Assembly: GCA_963782525.1 (NCBI GenBank)
Contig: CAWAKC010000001.1
Location: 32,001-96,000, forward strand
DNA: 64,000 nt
Reading direction: 5' to 3'
Origin: Candidatus Bathyarchaeota archaeon
GTDB taxonomy: Archaea; Thermoproteota; Bathyarchaeia; Bathyarchaeales; Bathycorpusculaceae
Shown piece after piece: positions 31,390 through 41,403 of the stretch. Position 1 is the first letter of the stretch, and the number at the start of each line of letters is the position of its first letter. A program made the position numbers and the translations under genes. The notes below the pieces were generated by a model that was not told where the DNA came from, made no database searches, and saw only the letters and a list, made by a program, of their open reading frames with translations.

Positions 31390-31749
31390 TTGGTTAAAAT
31401 GATAGTTGATGAAAATATCCCAAGGGATGTGCAGAAATGGTTATCCAAGAAAGGTTTCGAGACAGTAAACATTTCGAAAATTCTTCCTAGAAGTGCCAAA
31501 GACAAAATCATAGTGGATTACGCTATAAAAAACAAATTGCCAATCATCACCCTCGACAAAGGTTTTGCTCAAATCTACCGTACTTTTCAAAAAGGAACCT
31601 CGCTTACAATCTTGATAGTGAAGGCCAACCCTCCAACACCAATTAATATTATTGAAACTTTAAATTTAGCTCAAAACAAAATGAATCTGAAGGAAATACA
31701 AAACAAACTTGTCATTATTACAAAAAGGAAGATACGAATAATCTCTTGA
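31390..31749 (+). CDS. PIN-like toxin (DUF5615/VapC45-like)
   Basis: IVDENIP, D..I..YA, IITLDKGF; downstream of DUF433. Confidence 0.88.
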   Translation: MVKMIVDENIPRDVQKWLSKKGFETVNISKILPRSAKDKIIVDYAIKNKLPIITLDKGFAQIYRTFQKGTSLTILIVKANPPTPINIIETLNLAQNKMNLKEIQNKLVIITKRKIRIIS

Positions 31750-31827
31750 ATTGTTTCTATTAAATAACCAAACTTTTTTGTGCTGCAATTTTCGAATAGA
31801 GCTTACGGGGTTAGTCAAGAAACGGGC

Positions 31828-31900
31828 AAACCTTAGACAAGAAAGCTTGACAAAAAATCTCTTAAGCAAACTCGTTCGCATAATATATCAGGAATGGTAT
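31828..31900 (+). promoter_or_regulatory. Module B promoter
   Basis: aaaccttagacaagaaagcttgacaaaaaatctcttaagcaaactc...ggtatATG; an inverted box ggttagtcaag lies at 31809. Confidence 0.7.
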
Positions 31901-32584
31901 ATGCCAAAGAAACTCTTGGCAACAACAATCATCCTAACAATAGCAATTACAACGTTATCAGCAATACCTACGTCAAAGGAAAATTTTATTCCAGTTCCAG
32001 GATTGTATATTCAATCACCATACGATTCAAAATATTCTGGCTCTCTAAGCAAATCTATTCCACTTTGGATTGAAGCAGGTCTTCCAGCAGGTGCGCCAGC
32101 AGTTGTTTCCATTAGCTACAGTCTTGATGGACGTGCAAACGTTACCTTTCCTAAGTTGACACATGAGACGTATTATCCTACCCCTTGCAATGTTCCGATG
32201 AATCCTGACATTTATTTTAATAGGGATGTAACGTTGGATAATTTAACTGATGGAACCCATACGGTAAAAGCTTATTCTCTTGATGCCAATGGTAATGAAA
32301 TGTCGGCTTCAGTAGTTTTTACAGTTAGCTCATATTTTGATCCAGACATTTATACTAAGGGAATTTATCCATCACCAACCCCAATAGTTAAGGCGGAACC
32401 AACTAAGATTACAGAAACCCCAACCACAAACCCATTAACTGCTTCTCCAACTCCAGATCAAGGCATAGATTCTAATTATTGGGTAAATCCAATTGCTCTT
32501 ATTGCAATTGCTTCTGTGATTGTGATTATAGCTGTAACTTCAATCTCCTTGGTTTACTTTAGGAGAAGGAAGGGGAAGCCATGA
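31901..32584 (+). CDS. Array Ig-like surface protein, MPKKLLA leader class
   Basis: ENFIP, ISYSLDG, L.DGTHTVKAY..D, TM, YFRRRKGKP. Confidence 0.82.
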   Translation: MPKKLLATTIILTIAITTLSAIPTSKENFIPVPGLYIQSPYDSKYSGSLSKSIPLWIEAGLPAGAPAVVSISYSLDGRANVTFPKLTHETYYPTPCNVPMNPDIYFNRDVTLDNLTDGTHTVKAYSLDANGNEMSASVVFTVSSYFDPDIYTKGIYPSPTPIVKAEPTKITETPTTNPLTASPTPDQGIDSNYWVNPIALIAIASVIVIIAVTSISLVYFRRRKGKP

Positions 32585-33261
32585 AGAGAAGATATGCTGC
32601 ATTTGTTGCAATCTTTGTTGTCTCAATATTGACTGGGATACAAGCAGTGGAGGATGTGAATGCTAATCCAGTTCCTCCTCCTTGGATGAATGCAAAACTC
32701 TCGGTTACTATTGAAAGCCCAGCAAACGGCTCAATCCAAAGTCGGTCATTTCTGGTTAGGTTTCATGCCGATGGCTCTCAATTTTCACTCACAAATAGTA
32801 GCATTGGAGGTTATGGTGGAGATTTCTTCTATATTTTAGATAGTCAACAATGGAGCGATATGCGTTATTCAGGAGCAAAAATATGGGATACCAAAATTGA
32901 CGATAACCATAATTTTACCGGACAAGTTTACCTGAGTAATATTGCTGCGGGAAGCCATTCCATAACCGTCTATTGGGGGGTAAAAGTCAACGTTGGAATA
33001 TTAACTGATGCAGCTTGGGCTGGAACTTCACAATTTAGTGTGGACTCAAAGTTGACACCCCAACCAACAAACAACCCAACAGCAACCCCCACACAAACAC
33101 TCTATCCATCACCATTAGAAATCTCATTGCCAACGGCAAATCCGACCGTGACTTACTTGTTGACAAATTCAACGTTTCTAACTGCAATAGTTGTTGTAAT
33201 TGCAACAGTGGCAATTGCTTCAATCTCAATAGTTTACTTTAGAAGAAGAGGGAAGCCATGA
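32581..33261 (+). CDS. Array ANP-type Ig-like surface protein, MKRRYA leader class
   Basis: NANP, IESPANG, GSHSITVY, TM, YFRRRGKP; ATGA-coupled. Confidence 0.82.
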   Translation: MKRRYAAFVAIFVVSILTGIQAVEDVNANPVPPPWMNAKLSVTIESPANGSIQSRSFLVRFHADGSQFSLTNSSIGGYGGDFFYILDSQQWSDMRYSGAKIWDTKIDDNHNFTGQVYLSNIAAGSHSITVYWGVKVNVGILTDAAWAGTSQFSVDSKLTPQPTNNPTATPTQTLYPSPLEISLPTANPTVTYLLTNSTFLTAIVVVIATVAIASISIVYFRRRGKP

Positions 33262-33899
33262 AGAGAAGATATGCTGCATTTGTTGCAATCTTTGTTGTCT
33301 CATTATTGATTGGGATACAAGCAGTTGAGGTAGCAGATGCTAATCCGTATGGGTTTACTTTTCCCACCAGTACCTCTCCACCTGACGCCTTTGTTGTTTC
33401 CATCAAAGTCCTAAGCCCAAAAGAAAATGCAACCTATACAACTGATACAATCAACGTTTGCTTCACCAAAGAAGTCAATAGCCTCCCTGGAATAACCACC
33501 TATGTGCATATAATAAGCACTTATCAGGGAGATTGGATGAACAGCAGTAAATGGTGCCCCTTCCCACCTGGGGCAGATGCGGAGCATTGGAACAGTTTTC
33601 AGGTCTTACAGCACAACTTTACCCTTACCCAAGTACCCCAAGGATACCACACGCTGACCATCGACGCTGAGGGACAAGGGAATTATAATGTAAACGGAAC
33701 AGAGTATAACTTTGGCCTCCAAAAGAAGGTAGACGTGCACTTCTACATAGATTCAAAGAATAATCAAACTTCAAATCCTGCTACCATAAATCCAACTCCC
33801 TCAATCCCAGAGTTCTGCATAGCAAGCGCCATATCTGTGCTAGCTGTTGCGTCTGTTTGTTTGGTTTCCTATAAGAGGCGCAAGCCTAAAACCGCTTAG
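33258..33899 (+). CDS. Array ANP-type Ig-like surface protein with IPEF-TM tail
   Basis: DANP, SPKENATY, TYQGDWM, PQGYHTL, PSIPEF + TM + YKRRK. Confidence 0.82.
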   Translation: MKRRYAAFVAIFVVSLLIGIQAVEVADANPYGFTFPTSTSPPDAFVVSIKVLSPKENATYTTDTINVCFTKEVNSLPGITTYVHIISTYQGDWMNSSKWCPFPPGADAEHWNSFQVLQHNFTLTQVPQGYHTLTIDAEGQGNYNVNGTEYNFGLQKKVDVHFYIDSKNNQTSNPATINPTPSIPEFCIASAISVLAVASVCLVSYKRRKPKTA

Positions 33900-33904
33900 G
33901 CAAA

Positions 33905-34246
33905 TCACTGTGGGTTGGCTTGCTGGTTAAAAGTTGATGGGGGTCTGTCGAGTTCTACCTTAATGTATCTGTCGACTAAGATTGTGGCTAATGCTATAGT
34001 AACTATCGAAATAAGGATAAGTGAGCCAAGATATAGTGGATTTTTTGTGAATAGCCAAGAAGTAAGTAACAGCGCTATGATCCCTCCTGTTAACCCGCCA
34101 CCGGCTGCGCCAATTGCGCTGTTGGTGCCCTTGTTCTTTACGCTCACCCTTGCTTTGCAAACTTGGCAGGTTATGGAGTTAAGGTTTGTTAGGAAGAAGA
34201 TTTTACGGTACTGAAGTTTGCTACCACAATTAGGGCAAATTACCAA
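33905..34246 (-). CDS. Zinc-ribbon (CxxC...CxxC) two-TM membrane protein, opposite strand within the array
   Basis: CPNCG...CQVC followed by two hydrophobic helices. Confidence 0.75.
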   Translation of the reverse strand: MVICPNCGSKLQYRKIFFLTNLNSITCQVCKARVSVKNKGTNSAIGAAGGGLTGGIIALLLTSWLFTKNPLYLGSLILISIVTIALATILVDRYIKVELDRPPSTFNQQANPQ

Positions 34247-34318
34247 GATATCCCCGCTTTAGTTTAATCGTACTCTGCTTATAGTTTTTTCAGTCAAAGG
34301 GTCCAAAATGAAGGAAAT

Positions 34319-34356
34319 GTAAAACTTCATAAGGCAACAGTAACCAATAGCGATTG
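34319..34356 (+). promoter_or_regulatory. Module A repeat
   Basis: gtaaaacttcataaggcaacagtaaccaatagcgattg. Confidence 0.7.
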
Positions 34357-34362
34357 TTGGAT

Positions 34363-35001
34363 ATGAGTAGAATAGCTGTTTTAGCTGTACTTCTTACAGT
34401 CTTTATATTGGTTGGCATAGGAGTAGTTGGTATAGCAGATGCTAACCCCTTTGCTTTCTATTCACCTATCGAACCAATCCAAGGAACAATTCCGCCAGTC
34501 ATCACCATTTATAGTCCAAAAAACGACTCAATCTATCCAGGCTCAATTGACGTTGGCTTTAACGTTAGCAAACCAGAATTAGAAGACGCATACTTGACAA
34601 ACGTTGTTAGCGTTACCTACTCTTTAGATCAAAATGAAAGCATTGAAGTCTACTCCAACTACATCCAAGGACATGGGACAGAAGGAATACCAGCGTTTAA
34701 CACGACTTTTACGTTACCTCCGTTGCAAGCTGGAAATCATAAGTTAACAGTGACAGCAACTGGAGTAGTGCTAAAAGCACTAGTACCGAAACCTCAAGGA
34801 TTTGGAGACATAGGCGTTTTTTACGTAAAAAGCAACTCAACAATCCTTTTCATGGTAGGCACTCCAACGATACCGCCACAAGCTTCAGCTAACACACTTG
34901 AGCCAATATTGCTTATTGCAATACTTGGGATAGTGACGATAGTAATTGTTGCGGCAGTCTTATTGGTTTTCTTTAAGAGGCGTAAGTCTAAAACTGCTTA
35001 G
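34363..35001 (+). CDS. Array ANP-type Ig-like surface protein
   Basis: DANPF, GTIPP.I.I.SP, YSLD, AGNHKLTV, TM, KRRKSKTA. Confidence 0.82.
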   Translation: MSRIAVLAVLLTVFILVGIGVVGIADANPFAFYSPIEPIQGTIPPVITIYSPKNDSIYPGSIDVGFNVSKPELEDAYLTNVVSVTYSLDQNESIEVYSNYIQGHGTEGIPAFNTTFTLPPLQAGNHKLTVTATGVVLKALVPKPQGFGDIGVFYVKSNSTILFMVGTPTIPPQASANTLEPILLIAILGIVTIVIVAAVLLVFFKRRKSKTA

Positions 35002-35003
35002 CC

Positions 35004-35087
35004 AAAACCTTGACTAACCCCAGACAAGAAAGTTTGACAATAAACCACTTAAGCAAACTCTATCTCTTAATAGCAATAGGAAGGTAT
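35004..35087 (+). promoter_or_regulatory. Module B promoter
   Basis: aaaaccttgactaaccccagacaagaaagtttgacaataaaccacttaagcaaactc...aggaaggtatATG. Confidence 0.72.
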
Positions 35088-36059
35088 ATGCCAAAGAAAC
35101 TGTTGGCAACAACAATCATCATTGCAACAGTCATAGCGTCAGTCGTTAGCACACTTGGTATTGAGACAGTGAATGCCAATCCCTTCCCCATGTCTACTAT
35201 GGGAATTGGTTCCCCACAAAGTTATACCACGTTCATCTATCAAAATACAACTATTCCTCTCACAAATGCATTAAATCTTTGGAAGGATGATACTTCAGGG
35301 GCTTATCCTCAAATAACTCGCGTTACGTACAGTTTGGATAATCACGAGAACATAACAATATCAGAAATTCCCAAGTCAGGAACAGAAACCCCTCAAAGAA
35401 ACATTTTTGGGACAATTAAAGGATATATTCTTACTATATTAGTTAAAGCAACACTAACCAATCTCTTAGAGGGCAAACACACACTCAATGTATATTCATT
35501 TGATACTACAGGTGCAGCATTGTCAGATTCTGTTACCTTTGCTGTTTTAACCTCCTATAGTATACCTGAAGTGACAATTATTTCGCCTCAAGACCAAGTC
35601 TACAGAACCAGCGAAATCCCATTAACTTGCGCTGTAAAAGGAGATTATGAGCAGCTACGTTATACAATAGATTACCAGTATAACGTGACATTTTCGAGAA
35701 ATACAACCATAAACATATCGGGCTTACAAAATGGATGCCACACGATAACCGTTCATGCCACCACTCCTGGACGCTATGGCGGTTCAAGTTGGACCTACTT
35801 TATTGTTGGCACGATAAATTATTCCCTGCCAAATCCCACGGCTTACCCAACCAACCCTGCCCCTTCACCAACAGAAACAATCAATTCTACACCAAGCCCA
35901 ACCTCAAGCCAGAGTATGCCTACAATTAACACAGGTGCTACATTGCCTGTTGAGTTGAATCTCCCCATAGTCTATATCGTACTAGCTATCGTAATTGTAA
36001 TAGTGGCTGTTGCTTCAATCTCACTGGTTTATTTTAGGAGAAGAAAGGGGAAGTCATGA
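35088..36059 (+). CDS. Array two-Ig-domain surface protein, MPKKLLA leader class
   Basis: NANP, two YSLD/Y.ID...G.H.L.V repeats, PTINTG.LPVELN stalk, YFRRRKGKS. Confidence 0.82.
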   Translation: MPKKLLATTIIIATVIASVVSTLGIETVNANPFPMSTMGIGSPQSYTTFIYQNTTIPLTNALNLWKDDTSGAYPQITRVTYSLDNHENITISEIPKSGTETPQRNIFGTIKGYILTILVKATLTNLLEGKHTLNVYSFDTTGAALSDSVTFAVLTSYSIPEVTIISPQDQVYRTSEIPLTCAVKGDYEQLRYTIDYQYNVTFSRNTTINISGLQNGCHTITVHATTPGRYGGSSWTYFIVGTINYSLPNPTAYPTNPAPSPTETINSTPSPTSSQSMPTINTGATLPVELNLPIVYIVLAIVIVIVAVASISLVYFRRRKGKS

Positions 36060-36817
36060 AGAAAAAATATCCTTTATTTGCAGTAATCTTTGCAGTTTCA
36101 ATGTTGATTGGGATACAAGCAGTTGAGGTAGTGGATGCTAATCCGGTTCCTTGGCAGTTCACACCTAATCTAGAAAAGCCATTTTTAACAGTGATGGGTC
36201 CTCAAAACCTAACGGCCTATCCTACTTACAATATTCCAATTACTTATTCAGTGGTCAAACCTAGCTCATGGGATGCAACCTATTGGTATTGGCAATATAT
36301 TGGAGAGATAGATTCAGTTGATGTTAGGATGGATGGAGAACCTGTTGCTTACTATACAAAGTCCCAAGATGTTACTTATCAAGGTGGAATCAATAAAACG
36401 GTGTACCATTCAGAATCAGAAAAAAACCTATTAAACAATACAATAACACTCAATCAAACAACTATTGGTTTCCATACACTAAGCATTACCATTCTTTCCT
36501 ACACCTATTACAAGGGTCCTCTCTACTCAAATACTGACACTAAAACTTCTACAACCTCAAATGGGCAACCAATCTATCAACACCCAGTAATTGTATCTTC
36601 AACCATGTCCTTCACTATGAATTCAAATGGTTTGATTATTATTGCTCCAACTTCAACTCCTACTCTTAGTCCTACTGTAGAACCCCCAACCTCAGCTAGC
36701 GAAAATCCATCTATGGCTTTTTCTTCAAGCAATTTAGTAATAATAAGTTTGGTTGTAATAGTGGCAGTTGCTTCTGTCTCATTGGTTTACTTTAGGAGAA
36801 GAAAGGGAAAGACATGA
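36056..36817 (+). CDS. Array ANP-type Ig-like surface protein (ANPVPW subfamily)
   Basis: VVDANPVPW, KP.SW, NQT..G.H.L, TM, YFRRRKGKT. Confidence 0.82.
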   Translation: MKKKYPLFAVIFAVSMLIGIQAVEVVDANPVPWQFTPNLEKPFLTVMGPQNLTAYPTYNIPITYSVVKPSSWDATYWYWQYIGEIDSVDVRMDGEPVAYYTKSQDVTYQGGINKTVYHSESEKNLLNNTITLNQTTIGFHTLSITILSYTYYKGPLYSNTDTKTSTTSNGQPIYQHPVIVSSTMSFTMNSNGLIIIAPTSTPTLSPTVEPPTSASENPSMAFSSSNLVIISLVVIVAVASVSLVYFRRRKGKT

Positions 36818-37395
36818 AGAGACTTAGGTTAATGCTGACAGCATTATCTCTTTGCTTGTTGGTTGGTTGTTTGATGAGTATTGAAGTGGGAGAGGCTAAC
36901 CCTTTCATTTTCAATAAAATAATGGACCCAGTTGAAGGCACCATTCCCCCTGATATCTCTATTCTAAATCTAAGAAATCAATCAACTTACTCAGATGTAA
37001 TTAACGTGAATCTTCATGTAGATAAGCCTAGGTTGAATTCATCTTGGGCTTCTATAACATCCGTATATTACACGTTAGACTCAAATAAAAAAGTAGAAGT
37101 CTATTACTGTCTTGCCAATGGAGCGAAAACCAAAGGAGTTCAAGAGTATGATAATGCCTTTAACTTATACTTCTTGAGTGCAGGAAATCATAGCTTAACC
37201 ATAGAAGCAAATGGAGTAGTGATGCCCAATGGTGAGGGCTTGAGTTCAGACTTGTTCTGGATTAGCAGCAGCTCAACAATCAACTTTAATGTTGGAAACC
37301 AAGCCTTTCTCATAACAACAATTGTTTTAATTATTTTAGTACTGACTGCTTCCTTTCTGTTAGTTTACTTTAAAAGAAGGAAGAAGAAGCTATGA
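36814..37395 (+). CDS. Array ANP-type Ig-like surface protein, RLRLML leader class
   Basis: EANPF, GTIPP core shared with 34363, TM, YFKRRK. Confidence 0.82.
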   Translation: MKRLRLMLTALSLCLLVGCLMSIEVGEANPFIFNKIMDPVEGTIPPDISILNLRNQSTYSDVINVNLHVDKPRLNSSWASITSVYYTLDSNKKVEVYYCLANGAKTKGVQEYDNAFNLYFLSAGNHSLTIEANGVVMPNGEGLSSDLFWISSSSTINFNVGNQAFLITTIVLIILVLTASFLLVYFKRRKKKL

Positions 37396-38159
37396 TAAGA
37401 AGAACTGCTCCGTTTGCTGCAATACTTGCAATCTCAATATTGATTGGGATACAAGTTGTTGAGGTAGTAGATGCTAATCCTGTTCCTTGGCTGTCTACGC
37501 CTAACCGAGAAAAACCTACTCTTACCCTTCAATTTCCAACAAATCAAACAACGTATAAAACCGAAGTTCCTGTCGACTTTAATGTGACTGCGCCTGAATC
37601 GTGGGCTACATACGCTACGCGATTGGTTGGAACCAATCACTATGTTGGAGAAGTGAAGTACATCGCGGTTTACTTGGATTCCAAACCTCTCATCAATTAT
37701 ACTACGGGCAGAATCGTGTCATATTTTTACGGAAACAAGACAAACTATTATATTAGTGGATTTGACGGTAAAAGTGCTCATTATTCGTTTAACTTGAATC
37801 AGACTACCTCTGGAAACCATGCGCTTAATGTTACTGTTTTCTCCTATACATATGCGGATGGAGACCCCACCGATGACACTGCCATTGCTTTCGAAACTGG
37901 TTTAATCAACGGCGAACCCATCTACGCGTACAAGTACCCTAATGTCGTTTCTGAAGTAGTTCACTTTACGGTAGAGCAACCAACCCCAACCCAAAATCCA
38001 AATGCTAACGGCTCTGCTTATTTGCTAAATCAAACAAATCTTATTTTGATAGCTATTGTGATTGTAATATTGGCTGTTGCTTCAATCTCGTTGGTTTACT
38101 TTAAGAGAAGAAAGGGCAAGCTGACAAGTAAGCCAGCCATAGTAAGAGAACCCAAGTAA
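37392..38159 (+). CDS. Array ANP-type Ig-like surface protein (ANPVPW subfamily, IVREPK tail)
   Basis: VVDANPVPW; the 3' end lies in the exact 214-bp repeat. Confidence 0.82.
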   Translation: MIRRTAPFAAILAISILIGIQVVEVVDANPVPWLSTPNREKPTLTLQFPTNQTTYKTEVPVDFNVTAPESWATYATRLVGTNHYVGEVKYIAVYLDSKPLINYTTGRIVSYFYGNKTNYYISGFDGKSAHYSFNLNQTTSGNHALNVTVFSYTYADGDPTDDTAIAFETGLINGEPIYAYKYPNVVSEVVHFTVEQPTPTQNPNANGSAYLLNQTNLILIAIVIVILAVASISLVYFKRRKGKLTSKPAIVREPK

Positions 38160-38241
38160 GCAAACCCTACTTCTATTAGCCCATAACACTAACGGCTCCG
38201 CTTAACGTAAGGAATGTAAAACTTCATAAGGCAACAGCAAC
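38028..38241 (+). repeat. Exact 214-bp direct repeat, copy 1 (TM/tail coding + intergenic + module A)
   Basis: Identical by manual comparison to 45841-46054; a diverged third copy lies at ~26205-26356. Confidence 0.92.
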
Positions 38242-38260
38242 CTAACGCTAATTGGTGGAT

Positions 38261-39418
38261 ATGAGAAAGCTATTGTTGGTTTGCATAGTGATTGCGGCTA
38301 TTGCGATTTTGAGCATAGCAATGGCTGAGACCGAAAATTTTCCAGCACTCACACCTGCAGCTACAGCTTCGCCTTCACCTACAGCAACACCAACACCTAC
38401 GCCAACAATAGAACCAGGAAGCAATCTCACGTCTATCCCGATTAGTGTTCCATATGATTTCAAAATATCCGCTATTTCCAGCTTTAACATAACTCAGGGC
38501 AATTCCATGACTACCCAAATAGGACTATCAACAATTAGCGGAAATGCTTCAAGTGTAGATCCGCAGGATATCCTATGGAGAGCAGATAGCGGTTCAAGCG
38601 ATATGCACTTCGATTTCAAGACGTCATATAGTTACGAAAACGAATATTGGGCAATTTATTTTCCTGATAGATTCACCCCTAATGGTTTTAGTTGTATGCT
38701 CACGATTACTGTTCCAATTTCAACACCTACTGACAGCTATGGCATAAATATAACAGCTAAAATAGGCTCAAATAGTCACAGCATTTCTATGCTGGTTTCA
38801 GTTCCAAGTGCTACAGTTAGCGTTTCGGGAACAGTCGATACAAGCATCTTAGGCATAACCCCCTCCCAAATTGCATTTCGAGACCAAGCATACCCAAACA
38901 CTTACATCTACAAGGGAACACTAACAGGAAACACTTATTCAATTTCTGTTCCCAACAACCGAGAGTATCTTGTTATGATTAGTGACAGTACTGGATCTGT
39001 AAGCGGCTTAGGATGGTCCAACTGGATTAGTGATTCGTGCAGTGTAAAAGTACCTGTTGGAAGTACAGCGATGACCAAAGACTTCACGGTTCCCCCAAAA
39101 TCGGTCAATCCAATCGTTACAGTTTCGGGATCAATCATCGATGGCATCTCAGGCATAAAGTGGTCTCACTTGCAATTTCAAAACAGAGCAGCGCCTGCTA
39201 AAGTCTACTATGGGTCAATAACTGAAAGCGGAACATATTCGATCGACCTTCCAAATTATAGCGACTATCAGGTATGTATTGATAACGGCACAGCACCTTG
39301 GCATCTTGTTGAAATCGATTTCTCGGTGAAAGTCCCTGCTGAAAGAGTGACGCTGACCAAAGATTTCACGGTACTCCAACCTGTCACTTTCCCTGACCCT
39401 GACAAAATAAACCGTTGA
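38261..39418 (+). CDS. N-terminally anchored/secreted multi-beta-sandwich protein with duplicated C-terminal domain
   Basis: Paralog of 26367; two VSG....TYSI..PN...Y.V...SVKVP....TKDFTV repeats. Confidence 0.8.
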   Translation: MRKLLLVCIVIAAIAILSIAMAETENFPALTPAATASPSPTATPTPTPTIEPGSNLTSIPISVPYDFKISAISSFNITQGNSMTTQIGLSTISGNASSVDPQDILWRADSGSSDMHFDFKTSYSYENEYWAIYFPDRFTPNGFSCMLTITVPISTPTDSYGINITAKIGSNSHSISMLVSVPSATVSVSGTVDTSILGITPSQIAFRDQAYPNTYIYKGTLTGNTYSISVPNNREYLVMISDSTGSVSGLGWSNWISDSCSVKVPVGSTAMTKDFTVPPKSVNPIVTVSGSIIDGISGIKWSHLQFQNRAAPAKVYYGSITESGTYSIDLPNYSDYQVCIDNGTAPWHLVEIDFSVKVPAERVTLTKDFTVLQPVTFPDPDKINR

Positions 39419-39531
39419 GCCCAGAAATACAGATAAATTGCCGGCCGACTGATTAAGCAGTTCTGTTAACTATTTTTACTGTCTCTTTGCTTATCTTGAG
39501 AGACAGAGTCTAAACTTGCCTATGCAGGAAT

Positions 39532-39570
39532 GTAAAACTTCATATGGCAACAGCAACCAATAGCGATTGG
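39532..39570 (+). promoter_or_regulatory. Module A repeat
   Basis: gtaaaacttcatatggcaacagcaaccaatagcgattgg. Confidence 0.7.
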
Positions 39571-39575
39571 TGACT

Positions 39576-40472
39576 ATGAGAAGACCGCTTCTTTGCGCTT
39601 CAATCCTTGTTTTTTCACTGTTCGCAGTCCTTTGTATATCGTTAAGCACCGTTGTTTTAGCCAATCCCGTCGGTATGGTCTTTCAGGAAAAAGAGATTTC
39701 TCCGACAGCAGTAAATGCACAACCGCCACAAATTATGTTTCAATCCCCAAAAGTCAATGCAACCTGTGGCGCTACCGTCTTACTGCGATGCAACATTACT
39801 GGCGGGGTATTCCAATCCAACAAGACGGCATTCATAAGCTACCTTAGCTATAAAGGAGATTGGGAGCAAGCTGGCACCGCAGTCCAGTTTAAGGGCGCTT
39901 GGGGAATAGATAAGCTGTATGTTAAAGGAGACTTAACTTATTTTTCTACGAACTTAACGGTGCCAGAAGGAAAGCATAGCATCACAGTTTGGGCAACCGA
40001 AGGAGGCAGCTATGAGCAGGATGCAGGTCAGAAATTTCAAGGCTCAGAACTTATAACAATATACACATTCCATTTAAGCGCCAGCCAGACAGTCGATTTC
40101 ACGGTTGACAGCACCTCTCCGACAATTTCGACCATAGCAAAAGAAAACACTACCTATACTACAAGTGATGTGCCTCTTGTCTTCAATGTCAATGAACCCG
40201 AAGCTACTTTTGCCTACTGCTTAGATGGACAGCCAGCAATGTCGATCGTGGGAAATAGTACCCTTAACAATCTGCCTAATGGATGTCATAGCATCGTAGT
40301 CTACGCTACTGACAAAGCCGGGAACGTTGGCGTTTCAGAGCCAGTGGTTTTCACGGTGGATGCGCAGCTTTTCCAATCTCTACAAGCTGTTGAAGCTGCT
40401 GCAATAGCAATGGTCGTCGCTGCGACCCTGATAATTCTTTTTTTCAAGAGGCGTCGGTCTAAAACTGTTTAA
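39576..40472 (+). CDS. Array two-domain Ig-like surface protein
   Basis: LANP, PEGKHSITVWA, second domain Y.LDG...GN.TL..LP.G.H...VYATDKAGN, KRRRSKTV. Confidence 0.83.
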   Translation: MRRPLLCASILVFSLFAVLCISLSTVVLANPVGMVFQEKEISPTAVNAQPPQIMFQSPKVNATCGATVLLRCNITGGVFQSNKTAFISYLSYKGDWEQAGTAVQFKGAWGIDKLYVKGDLTYFSTNLTVPEGKHSITVWATEGGSYEQDAGQKFQGSELITIYTFHLSASQTVDFTVDSTSPTISTIAKENTTYTTSDVPLVFNVNEPEATFAYCLDGQPAMSIVGNSTLNNLPNGCHSIVVYATDKAGNVGVSEPVVFTVDAQLFQSLQAVEAAAIAMVVAATLIILFFKRRRSKTV

Positions 40473-40475
40473 CCG

Positions 40476-40557
40476 AAACCTTGACAAACCCTATCCAAGA
40501 AAGTTTGACAATAAACCACTTAAGCAAACTCTGTCTCATAATAGCACAGGAAGGTAT
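40476..40557 (+). promoter_or_regulatory. Module B promoter
   Basis: gaaaccttgacaaaccctatccaagaaagtttgacaataaaccacttaagcaaactc...aggaaggtatATG. Confidence 0.72.
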
Positions 40558-41403
40558 ATGCCAAAGAAACTCTTGGCAATAATAGCTATAGTTTTTTTAG
40601 GGATTACAAGTCTATCCACTGAGTCTTTTGTTACTGCCAATTTTATTCCAACTCAACCAGAAATTAAAATAAACACGCCTATGCAGACAGAACTGAAAAT
40701 CTACCAGAACATTTCAGTGCCTCTACTTGTTGATATCAAAGAAACAGTAACTTCCTACATGCCCCGTCACTTTCCAGAAATAAGTCACATATACTACAAA
40801 TTAGATGGGCAAGAAGCTAAAGAATTTACCAACATAACAAAGTCTGAGGAAGATTGGTTTAGCGGCAGATGCATGCAGTATTTTGCATATACAACTTTAG
40901 ATAACTTAGACGATGGGAATCATACCTTAACTGCTTTCTGCCAAGATGATACTGGAAGACAACTAAGGTGCTCAAGAATTTTTGAGTACAGTACTCAATT
41001 CACAGCTCCAGAGGTTGGCCTGCTATCACCTATAAACAAAACATATCCTATAACAGACAAATTGCCATTAACTATTGTTGCTGATGACTTTATCACCTTG
41101 AGATATTCATTGGATGACAACACACTTTTAAATCACTGGTTTTCTCAAGATAACACAACCCTGACAGGACTAACAGAGGGCAAGCACACGTTATATATCA
41201 ATGTGCATACCAGAAGAGGGTTTGTTTCCCAAACAGCTAACTTTATTCTAAGTAACAATACTGATGATTCCCAGAACTTACAACCTTCTATGACGACAGA
41301 AGAAGCTGCATTAATTATTCTAAGTACTATAGTGGTTGCAGTGGTCTTAGCTGTTGCTTCCTTGTTATTGGTTTACTTTAAGAGAAGAAGGGGGAAACCA
41401 TGA
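40558..41403 (+). CDS. Array two-Ig-domain surface protein, MPKKLLA leader class
   Basis: TANFIP, core shared with 43450, TM, YFKRRRGKP. Confidence 0.82.
   Translation: MPKKLLAIIAIVFLGITSLSTESFVTANFIPTQPEIKINTPMQTELKIYQNISVPLLVDIKETVTSYMPRHFPEISHIYYKLDGQEAKEFTNITKSEEDWFSGRCMQYFAYTTLDNLDDGNHTLTAFCQDDTGRQLRCSRIFEYSTQFTAPEVGLLSPINKTYPITDKLPLTIVADDFITLRYSLDDNTLLNHWFSQDNTTLTGLTEGKHTLYINVHTRRGFVSQTANFILSNNTDDSQNLQPSMTTEEAALIILSTIVVAVVLAVASLLLVYFKRRRGKP

Noticed and set aside
31751-35087. Long N-terminal extensions of ORFs 31751, 35010 and 25423 (RQESLT...LSKL)
   Set aside because: These translate promoter module B; real starts are the downstream ATGs followed by signal peptides
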